From: Octopus sinensis
Lineage: Eukaryota
Assembly: GCF_006345805.1 (NCBI RefSeq)
Contig: NC_043001.1
Span: 67,828,001-67,892,000, forward strand
Length of the DNA: 64,000 nt
Direction of reading: 5' to 3'
Position 1 is the first letter of the stretch, and every line of letters starts with the position of its first letter. The translations under genes and the position numbers were made by a program. This document shows positions 53,141 to 64,000 of the stretch, piece after piece. The notes beneath the pieces are model-generated. The model was not told where the DNA came from. It made no database searches and was given only the letters and a program-made list of their open reading frames with translations.

Positions 53141-54783
53141 AGAGAAATTTGTGTCTCTGGTTATTGTTCCACTCATTTATCAACAACGATCTTCCTTCGT
53201 TTCTACAAATTTCAGTCAAAATATATTTTCCATTTACGGAGATGTACTTGCATAGCAAGTGATTTTTCTTCTTTTTCCCTTCTCTCTCTCTATCACTCTC
53301 TCTCTCACCCCTCTCGTTTTCACTTCACTCTGTTCTCTCTATCTCAATACATATCCGTTCGTTAACCTAGGAAACTGAAACTTACAGTTTATTACTTGAA
53401 TGCTGTCTAAGGAGAGGTGTAATTTGTAACTGGAGCAAAGACAACCTGTCTAGGAACTAGGCCACTTCTAAACGACTAGACCAGAACAGAAGAGGTTGCA
53501 AATCCTCTAAGACAATTTTAAGGGTTGATGCTCTGATAAAAATTAATATGCCCCGTCTCTTCTTGTTGGTAGCAGACATGACATGTTTCCAGTTTAAAAC
53601 CATTCCCAAACCGTTGAGTACCTTTAGTGCAGTTTGTTTTGATTTCAACAGGATCCTACAGTTTCCATCGAACAAACTCAACCTATAAAGCTTCGAGGCT
53701 TCGATACGAAGTGGTGAATATGTGATGTAGATAATTAGATCGACCCAGTGTATTATTGGTACTGGAATACAGAATGTTATTAGTACTATACCGATCCCTT
53801 CTAACACTAGCAGCCACCTTTGGAGCGAAGTCATGTTGGAACTGGATATTACTAAATAAGGATAATACACCCAGACAGGTATTCAACTATCTGTTTCTGC
53901 CAGCTCACTACACATAATTTTCAAAGCCAATTTTTGGTAGTGGTGGAGGCATGGCAAAAACGGTAGAACGCCACACTCTGCATAAAAAAAATATTTAGTT
54001 CTGCTCTTAATAATTCTGCGTCCAAATCTCGCTGAAGATGAGTCACTGGAAATCATAGTGGCCTTGTACAAATGTGAGTCGTCAATTTGAATGTCGTAAT
54101 TATATTTTTCTTCATCTTGTTATTGCTGTTGTTGTTGTTGTTGGTGGTGGAGTTGTTGTTATGGTTAGTGATTTGTATTAACATCACTGGTTCACATGAG
54201 TGAATTTCAATCGTCCAAAGATTTTGAAGATAAAAATAAAAAAAAAGAAACTTAAGAAAAAAACACTCAGTTGGTTCTTCTGGAAAGCTTGTACAATGTC
54301 AATTAGAAATCTAAAGAAAGGGTTTTAGGTTTTTTCAGTAAAGTTAATCAGAGAGGAACAAACTAAAGCCGGGTTTCGATTTTTAACATTTTTTTAGGCC
54401 ATCGTTGGAGAACATATTTTATTGATGACGTCAGGCAGTCTAAGTCTGTTGACTGTTAAATTCTCGTTTGGCAAGTGAACAAATCGAGGAATGAGGACAT
54501 TGATGCGAAGATATATCTGTGGTAAATTAAATTTATTCAATGATGATGATTTTGTGACGATGTGATATTACAGTCATAATATTTAATAATACATAAAGCA
54601 ATATTAATATGGTAACATATAATGATACCCGTAAAATTATATTGTGCAAGAGTAACAGTACACTGAATAAGTACATGTCACACGTAGAGCAATAGTAAAG
54701 TATGGTGTATGTATGTATGTATGCATGTATAGATGTGTGTGAGTGTGCGTGTTTGTTTGTGTGATTATGTGTGCATTTGAGTG

Positions 54784-54873
<90 letters not shown>

Positions 54874-54937
54874 CTTATCTATAAATGTAAAAACTGTTGA
54901 CAAAGTCTGCGTGGCGTTCAATTATTAAATAAATGGG

Positions 54938-55369
54938 AAAATACACGCTAAGAACAAGACGTCACCAACAAGTGAAAATACGTAAACACACGAGAGATAA
55001 GTACGCGACAAAATACTAAAGGAAGCCTAACCCCTGCTCAGTTAGATTCCTTGTTTCGTGCTTTTCATCTTGGCCTAACGACTCTAAATGTCTGTCTTCC
55101 TCGATTGTTTAATTCCGTACGTCCATTCTAGTGTCGTTTGTTGTTTTGAAGCCCTAACCCTTCACAAACTTTATATTTTCAAAATTTGCGGAAGCTGCTG
55201 TCATATGAAGTTCTCCTGTCTTGTTAAAAGCACAAAACATGGAATAATATCACAGTCGACAACTGAGGAGGGGCTAGACTTCTTTTAGTATTTTGTTCCC
55301 TGCTTATCTCTCGTGTGTTTACGTGTTTTCCACTCGTTGGCGATGTCCTGTTCTTAATGTGTATTTTTT
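54938..55369. repeat. Fold-back repeat with ~105-bp inverted arms
   Basis: 54938-55043 is the imperfect reverse complement of 55261-55369. Confidence 0.75.
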
Positions 55370-55372
55370 CAT

Positions 55373-55434
<62 letters not shown>

Positions 55435-55436
<2 letters not shown>

Positions 55437-56304
55437 TGTTGGCATCCTTTTTGTCTCGGGAGACAATGGAGTTGCGCATAAAATAGTCTAGTCCGGATTT
55501 TACATTTCATGTCCTGATACATTTCCTGCTGTGGTTGTGTAGTCCTATCCTGGACAAACATTCCCTCTTGCAGGTACCGCAAATGTAGCAAAGACTGTTC
55601 CTGGCTGGTTGTAATGCCATAGTTTCTTGTTGACGTCTTTTCTTGTCTTTCCATTTCTCCTCTCTCTCTCTCTCTGTCACTCCTTTGTATTCCCTCTTTT
55701 ACGGTACGTCGCCAATCTCCACGGTTGCCGGCAACTGCTTCCCAACCGCTAATATTGATGTTGCAGGCCTTCATGTCCCTTTTTCAAACATCTTGTAACG
55801 TAAGAACGGTCTACCCACAGACCTAGTACCCCTGGCAAGCTCTCCGTAGAGTATGTCTTTGGGAATTCTGCCATCTTTCATACTGCTAACATGCCCAAGC
55901 CATCTCATACATCTTTGTGTGAGGAGTGCAAACATGCTTGGTATTCCTGCTTGCTTGAGGACATCTTTGTTGGGGATATGATTCTGCCATTTGATGCGGA
56001 GGATTTTCCGGAGGCAGCGCAGGCGAAAGATATTTAGGCGACGCTCTTGGCGTGTGTATAGCGTCCAAGTTTCACTTCCATACAGTAGAGTGCTAAGTAC
56101 ACATGCCTGGTAGATCTTCATTTTCGTGGTCTTGGTCAGCTTATTGTTGTCCCATGCCCGTTTGGAGAGTTGGGCCATCGCAGCAGCTGCCTTGCCAATG
56201 CGTATATTGAGCTCAGCGTCAAGGGATAGGTTGTAGGTGACGGTAGAGCCAAGATAGGTAAACTTCTCCACCTCTTGTAATCTGTGGTCTCCAATATGCT
56301 GATG
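55435..56304 (-). mobile_element. 5'-truncated RTE LINE, 3' fragment
   Basis: EKFTYLGS...RIGKAAAA...STLLYGSETW...RWLGHV...GRIPKDILYGEL (55771-56271), a short 3' UTR and a (TG)n tail. Confidence 0.9.
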
Positions 56305-56889
56305 ATATATATATATATATGAAAATTGTAATGCAATACGAAAGTATTGCTTTCTAGTAAAAGATAGCCCGTAAGGGTAAAATTATCCGTTTCTAGGTTT
56401 TTCATTTTTCAGATGTTCTTCCGAGAGGTAAGACAAATTTTTTTCATGTTTGCTGCACACACACGTCTTTACTAGTATATACGCAGTGAAGCTATACAAT
56501 AGCATCGTATTTATTACGATCGCTCTTTTCCAGTAAATATCGGTACTTCGTTGTACCATTTATTTACTTTTATATGTATATATATATATATATATATTAT
56601 GATAATTAAAGTGGGTAAAGTAAATTTAGCTTCACCACCCGCAATATGTTACTGATGAGCATTAACTTCCATGCGAAACTGGCATGCCAATCTAATGCAA
56701 CTGGCTTGCGGTGGGGAAGTTATCTCCCTTCTCAGTAAATATAACATATGCTCCTGTGGCTAAAGAGTCTTTGACTCGTATTTCTAGCAATATTAGTGTT
56801 CCTCGCAACCTTCGTCCGTTTTTAGTGACAGTGAATTATTTTCTGTTTGGTTTTGAATAGCGTCTAGCCATATATATATATATATATAT

Positions 56890-57400
56890 ATAATACAAAA
56901 CGGGACAAGAACGCAAAACATCCCGGCAACTAGGTGACACAAAAAAGGACAACAAAACATCCAGATAGACGATACAAAGAAAACAAGGACTGGTCACTCG
57001 AAGTTTTCTATCTTCAGTCAAGAACCAGATTATCCTCGCAATTTCGGCTGATTATTCTTGAGATTGCGCCAATCTGGCCAGCTCCAAGGAAAAACTAAGC
57101 TAAGGGCATAAGATTCCTTGGAAGAAAGCATCGAATGTATACAAAAACAAGGATAGAAAAAACAGAAAGCGTTACGCAAATATAAATACAAAAAAAATAC
57201 GATAACAATAATAACAGGACATAAAAACAGGTGTCTTTCGACTAAGGACGAATTGAATTAAGCTGGCGTAAGTGAAAATGAAGCCGAACGGCAGAGATAC
57301 AGAACTTTCACAAACACAGGGAAGATTATCGATGTTACACGGACCACGGTCAGACCCAGAAAGAAAGAGGAAACGGAAACTGAAAGAAGCCCATCGTATG
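56890..57400. repeat. Dispersed non-coding repeat, copy 2
   Basis: Reverse-complement homolog of 12730-13210; both copies sit next to (TA)n. Confidence 0.85.
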
Positions 57401-57419
57401 TACATATATACATATACAT

Positions 57420-57506
<87 letters not shown>

Positions 57507-57508
57507 TA

Positions 57509-59066
57509 AAATACGATGAAAGATTAGAGAGGTAAATAATAATTATTTATTAATTAAAAAATGACAAACAGCTGCTTCAATTTGGACCCTCAAAAAATTA
57601 ATTAATTAAATTAAAAATTATTTGAAAGTCGAATCTCTTCAGAGGTAGATAAAGATATACAAAATAAGTATTCAATTTCCTCATGCAAACCGTTAACTGA
57701 TTAAATGTATACATAAAGAACATAGTATACAAATGGCAGAGCCCTTAGAAGAGGAGTAAGGTTGTGTATAACGGAGTTATAAATAATATAATCATTTGGA
57801 GTGTTAAGTGTAATAAAGCTCAAGTAGATATAATTGGTAAAATTGTTATATTGTGCTATTATATCTATTCTTATTAAATCAATATAAACTTAGTATGTAG
57901 TTTAATTTAAATGTGTATAGTTACTAAGACATTCAGGCATTCTATTAGTTATTAAAAATATTGAAATACTTAAAAGACCAATAAGAACATTTATTCAATT
58001 TTAAGGTACATAAAAATTATAAATAATAATTATTTAGTTCTACCTGTTTTGGTATGTCCCTAAATAAAATTATTCCTAGATTTTCTTTAGCCATTCACCG
58101 CTGTATGAATACCTACTTCCAGTTTTGAGAGCATTATATTTAACTATCTATATATTTAGCTATTTAAACTTAACTTGTTGAATTGACCCATATTTAAGCC
58201 CTTATCATCATTTTTATTAGCATATTTTTATTCCCTTTAATCCTTATTTTTGTATTTATTTATTTATGTTAAATACCATATCTCCGCACCTTAGCAACTT
58301 AACATATTTACATCCGGTATTTCACAATACGAACGCTGTATATCTGAAATCTTTAAATTAAATTTTGTCCAATAGTTCTTATCTTTATTAGTCTAGCTCA
58401 ATAATAAATTTTAAAGGGAGATAAGGTAATAACCTATAACTCTTGAGTCATTTTTTATTTTTCTCTCTCTATCTATTTTCACTCTTTACTCTGTCTATTT
58501 TGATTTATTTATTATACTTTATTCGTTTTTATTTATAATTTTCATGTACCCTAACATTGAGTAAATGTTCTTATTGGTCTTTTAAGTATTTCGATATTTT
58601 TAATAACTAATAGATTGCCTGAATGTCTTCCACCTTAATTATACATTAGTAACTATACACATTTGAATTAAACTCTGCATACTAAGTTTATATTGATTTA
58701 ATAAGGATAGATATAATAGCACAATAGGACATTTTTACCAATTATATCTACCAAATGATTATATTGTTTATAACTCCGTTATACAAAACCTTACTCCCCT
58801 TCAAAAGACTCTACCATTTGTATACTATGTTCTTTATGCATAAATTTTTATCAGTTAACAGTTTGCAGCAATTTACAGCATTGGATAATTGAACAACACT
58901 TATTTTGTATATCTTTATCTACCTCTGAAGAGATTCGACTTTCAAATAATTTTTAATTTAATTAATTTTCTGAGAGTCTGAATTGAAACAGCTGTAAGGG
59001 ATGTTTGTCAATTTTTTAATTAATAAATAATAATTTATTATCTACCTCTCTATTCTCTCATCTTAC
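57509..59066. mobile_element. AT-rich fold-back element (~520-540-bp inverted arms) carrying hammerhead motifs; probably inverted PLE pseudo-LTRs
   Basis: Arms at 57509-58027 and 58528-59066 are diverged reverse complements around a ~500-bp spacer. Confidence 0.8.
58922..58999 (+). ncRNA. Minimal type I hammerhead ribozyme motif
   Basis: CCU-CUGAAGA, 13-bp stem II with a 1-nt bulge, GAAA, palindromic ACAGCUGU, GUA, then AGG. Confidence 0.6.
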
Positions 59067-59207
59067 TATCATAATAAATAAAATACATAATCATGGTTTA
59101 TATACTTACCATGCAGTTGAGTATTAAATATAATGTTTGTATAGTTAATTAACCAGTATTTTCATAGGATTTTAATATCCCTGAATGAGGTTTCTAACAT
59201 TTGTGTG

Positions 59208-59263
<56 letters not shown>

Positions 59264-59469
59264 CACGCACACACACTCATTAATCAATGAAATTCCAACC
59301 AAGTCTGATTTTCACGTTTCATTATTTGCAATTTTTATAATTTTACAATATTGAAATAAAATAATACTTTCATGCGTTACGCAATCATCAGGTTTATGTC
59401 GTCACAGTCGTGTTCTACAAGTGACATCTGTAACATACAAACTCGTATACATGTATATATCTATGTGTG

Positions 59470-59680
59470 TCTCTGTATCTGTGTTTGTCCTCCTCACTAT
59501 CGTTTGACAACCGGTGTTGGTGTGCTTACGTCCATATAACTTAGCGAGTCCGCAAAAATGCCGATAGAAAGTTAGGCTTAATAAATAAGTCCTGAGGTCG
59601 ATTGGTTCGACTAAAACTCTTCAAGGCTGTGGTCCAGTAAGGCCGCAGTCAAGTGACTGAAACAAGTAAAACAATAAGAG
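59470..59680 (+). mobile_element. tRNA-derived SINE, 3' part
   Basis: Reverse-complement homolog of 44140-44320. Confidence 0.7.
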
Positions 59681-59699
59681 AATATATAATAATAATAAT

Positions 59700-59752
<53 letters not shown>

Positions 59753-60321
59753 TAATAATAATAATAATAATAATGAAGGAAAAAAACAATTCTTTGAAAG
59801 GGATGTAAAACATCCAATTCACTGGTGCAGCAGATGAATACCACAGTGAAAAGGGGCATAAATGCAAAATACAAATATTAAATGAAATAGAAAAATACAA
59901 TTGACAAACTTACAACTTATTTACATATAATATAATATACTATAAAAATATAATATAATACAATATAATATAATATAATATAATATAATATAACATAACA
60001 ACAAAGTTTTAGGAATAAAACATACAAAGCCAACAGCTTGTTTCGACTTTCCATGCAAATTCCATGTAAAGGACGGCTAAATTGTAATTTGGTAGTACTT
60101 CACATGAAATTTCGTCTGTCTTTTTGAACGAAGGTCTTGAAGAGGCTTGTATACATAGATATACAATATTTATACAATATTTATAATTATATTTTAATGT
60201 AAATAAATTGTTAGTTTACCAATTGTATTTCTCTATTTCATTTAATAATAATATACATATATATAATTAAACATACATATAACTATACAAACATATATAT
60301 ATATATGTTTGTATAGTTATA

Positions 60322-60375
<54 letters not shown>

Positions 60376-60701
60376 GTTTGTATAGTTATATGCATATATA
60401 TATATATGTTTGTATAGTTATATGCATGTTTAATTATATATATGTATATTATTATTAAATGAAATAGAGAAATACAATTGGTAAACTAACAATTTATTTA
60501 CATTAAAATATAATATAATATACTATAAAAAATATTATATATGATAAGAGATAAGATAACATAACAATTTTTTTAAAAAACATATAAAGCAACAATTTGT
60601 TCCGACTTATATACATTAGTTGATTTATAAACAATTATAAATATTGTATAAATATTGTATATCTTTACAAATGATTTTCTGGCAACTAAAATAATATCAA
60701 G

Positions 60702-63470
60702 GCAGGCCTCACTAGAGAAGAAATTGATATTATTTTAGTTGCCAGAAAATCATTTATAAAGTTTGAAAATAAGTTGTGGATTCGTAAAGATACTCCCAAC
60801 GAGTTCGATGTGCCTATGGGTAGTTCGGATAGCGCGCAGATAGCCGATTTGGTCGGAATCTATATTCTCTACGAATTATCCGACCAATTCCCGGACATCG
60901 CGGGCGGCCTGTATCGTGACGATTGTCTGTTTTACCTGCAAAACACCACGAACAGAATCGTACAGAAAACTAAAAATAGGTTAGCTAGGTTCTTTAATAG
61001 AATGGGCATGAATATAGTTTTTGATAATGAACTTACTAAGGCTAATTTCCTAGACGTCACACTAAACCTCCATAGCGATTCATACTGCCCTTACCATAAG
61101 CCTTCCACTAATTTAAAGTATGTCAGTGTCTTCTCCAATCATGCCAAAACTATAACAGACAATTTGGTTAAAAACATCTCTCTAAGATTGTCTAATTTGT
61201 CCGCTAGTGTCGACATTTTTATGCAGAAAGCGGAATTTTATAACGCCGCACTATCCAAAGCCGGTTATAGGCAGAAGGTAGTATATATTGATCCAGCCCT
61301 TCCGATGCCACCATTCGGTCATCAGGATAGGGCCGTCTATAATAACATAAATAATTTAAGTAGTGATGGGAGCGGGGGGAGTGTTGGAGCAGGTACTTCT
61401 GGATTTAATTTAGGGAACATAGATTATTTACGGTCCGGGGGATGTCATACTAAACCAAAACGTTTTATTCAACCTAGAATCACCCACCTTAATGTCAGAG
61501 CTGGCTCCCCGACCCATCACAAAAATAGGAATAAACATATCTGGTTTGTAATTCCCTTTGGTAAGCAGATTAGAACTAATCTTCCCCTCCTGTTTCGCCA
61601 AGCCATTGCCAGTAACTTTCCCAGAAATTCCAAATATTACTCCACGGTTAACTCACATAAAGTTAGGATAGCTTTCTCCAACACAAAAATCCTTTCCCAG
61701 ATAATCGCCTCCCATAATAATAGGCTGCTTATTAAGACCCTATCACCATTGTCCGGAGGCGCAGCTCCGTCTAATTCCAGTTTAACGCGCAGTAGGAATA
61801 ATAATAGTAGTAATAATGATAAAAGAGCCAGTACAGTGACTGGTAATCTCAGTACCAACCAGGGAGTAAATAATAGGATTAACGATAGTAGAAATGGGGA
61901 TGACAATAACGTTAGTAATGGTAATAGGGAGGTGAGCGCTGTTCGGGTCATTAATGTAGAGAGTCCTAATAGCAACTTTAGCAACGTTTCCGACAATAGT
62001 AGGTCCACGGATACTAGCAATCACAGCGTTCTCAGTGATAGGGAATACACAGGGGATAGTCCGTTAATTAGTATTGATAATGAGGAGTATAATGTAGTAG
62101 GCGGCCGCAGTTCTCACAGTCAATATAGTAATAAGAACGCAGTATTAATATCAGAAGCTAATCCCAATAGAATAAGGTTCTTGTCTAGGAACTCCAAGAT
62201 CAGAAATGCCATTTACTAATGCAATGTTTACACGGATTCGGATGTCTACTCGTATGTCGGGGCCTCATCGTCAAAATTGGCCTTGAGAATATCGAACCAT
62301 TTCGCAACTTTTCGCGACGTTAATAAATACCAAGCCACAGAACTTAGCAAACTTATCTGGCGTTTGAAGAACGCGAATTCAGTTTTTAGGCTGGAATGGT
62401 CGATTTTGTCGGTGGCCCTCCCGCTTGATAGAGGCAGAAGGATATGTAATCTTTGTAACTCTGAGCTTTTCCACATATTGTTCGCCAGAGGCCGTTTGGT
62501 AAACGGGCTTTTACAGACTGCTTTTCGATGTCCCCATTGGCGGCGTCATACGTTTCTTACATATAAATGATACCTAAGACAATTAACACCTTGATACCCT
62601 ATTAAAATGAAAATAATTTTTGGAAATAATTTTTGAAAATTTTTTAAGAAATCTCTGAATAACTCTTGCAAGGGGAAATCACTCCCCTTAGGCGATTGGT
62701 CGGTTTTTTAGAAACAAGGGCTGGAATTATATACCCTCCTGATTCTTTGACGAGGATAATTTTAGACAAGCAGGCCACAGACGGACACACGAACACAGAA
62801 TTATTTCAGCCGCCTGACAGGCTTTTTTCAGCAGTGCTCATTATCTAGCGCCCCTCGCCAACATACGGCGGCGCACACATAGGCTAGTATACACATACAT
62901 GCTTTTAGGTAGGTATTGTCTCGCACCTAAAAAATACACCCTGTATTCTTAAAATATTCAGAACATTAGCTTTGGTCACACAGAACATCTCCACACCCCT
63001 TGTTCTCATTAATTCCTCACCTACTAGATTTGACCGCGGCCTGACCTGGATTTATTCCAACGGACCTTTTGTCGGCCCCCACCAACCCCCCGATTTCAAC
63101 GTACATTGATAAACATTTTACCCATGGGCTCTTAAGGAGCGTCCTCGTTCGAATTGCTTTGCTGCGCCTTTGTTTTGTTTTGTTCTGACAATGTAATTCC
63201 TGGTTTTTCCTGAAGAGAAAGCTGCAATATGGTATTTAATCAGAATTTGGAAAATTGTGGCCTTTGAAACATGTGTAGAATGTAATAAAAGGAATTCTGT
63301 ACAATCTTCGTTCAACTCCATTTCTTCCATTCACTAATTATATTAAACTTCAATTATCCGCACCAACGCACGGTTGCAACACCATATGGTCATATTTCCA
63401 ACCGTGTTTTTTCTGCTGTGATTTTTGCTACCCAGGTATCGGTTAAACTTTTGAATAATCCGTAACAAGA
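60702..63470 (+). mobile_element. 5'-truncated Penelope-like element with a C-terminal GIY-YIG nuclease and 3' pseudo-LTR
   Basis: RT motifs FDVPMGSSD, GGLYRDD and NFLDVTL (60702-62219). The nuclease AIY*C.V...YVG...LSKLIW.LK...CNLC...CPH (about 62210-62570) is split by one TAA. HHR motif in the 3' region. Confidence 0.9.
63195..63296 (+). ncRNA. Type I hammerhead ribozyme motif in the Penelope pseudo-LTR
   Basis: CUGAAGA at 63210-16, 11-12-bp stem II, GAAA at 63266-69, self-complementary ACAUGUGU, GUA at 63275-77, stem I UUC/GAA extended by AAUUCC/GGAAUU. Confidence 0.7.
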
Positions 63471-63482
63471 TAATTCATCTTT

Positions 63483-63525
<43 letters not shown>

Positions 63526-64000
63526 CATACACAAACACACACACATATATATAGGGATGGTATTATTAAAATACCATCACAAGTGGTAAGCGAATTATCA
63601 GCCTTACAGACAAATTAATAAAATATATACAATATTAGATATGTACGTATATACACAAGGGTACTGCATGAGTACCTATATCGCTAATGGTAGAAGTCAA
63701 TGATAGAAGCATTTACTTGTTCTGACCCATTTGAGGTAAGACATTATTATTGTTCACTGATATTTTTTCCTATCTTGTATGTAATAAGTTTGTGACTATT
63801 CGGTGGTACAGAAGTATTTTTTGACTTCTATCATTAACGATATAGGTACTCATGTAGTACCCTTGTATATATATGTACATATCTAATATTGTATATATAT
63901 ATATATATATATATATACATACATACACACACACATATACGTAGAAGGTTGACAGAGACAGACTGAAAAAAAGAAAATGTCTCTTGCATTTGAAAACTAT

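Noticed and set aside
53457-53870. 137-aa minus-strand ORF with a hydrophobic stretch
   Set aside because: No recognisable motif; this length is attainable by chance.

Overview
Eukaryotic (animal) repeat-dominated genomic DNA. There is no prokaryotic system and no host exon that I can support. The microsatellite load and SINE/LINE repertoire are most consistent with a cephalopod such as Octopus (inference). The window is a stack of decayed mobile elements: an R4/Dong-type and a HERO-type RLE non-LTR retrotransposon, two RTE LINEs, three Penelope-like elements (PLEs), a compact full-length Ty3/Gypsy element with both LTRs and a TSD, a solo LTR, several Tc1/mariner/maT/pogo DNA transposons, a MITE, tRNA-derived SINEs and many simple repeats. 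Most listed ORFs are microsatellite or antisense artefacts. The most interesting signal is RNA-level: hammerhead ribozyme (HHR) core motifs occur in at least four unrelated repeat families. The least expected is a GUA/stem I/CUGAUGA/GAAAC set at the 3' end of the HERO-like LINE (22591-22706), which can be drawn either as a type III HHR or as a strand-permuted, pseudoknotted HHR. Other notable points: a -1 frameshift heptamer in the Gypsy element, a poly-Glu microsatellite inside the R4/Dong ORF, and a HERO insertion nested in an IR/DR Tc1 transposon. All pairings were done by eye; no folding or database search was run.
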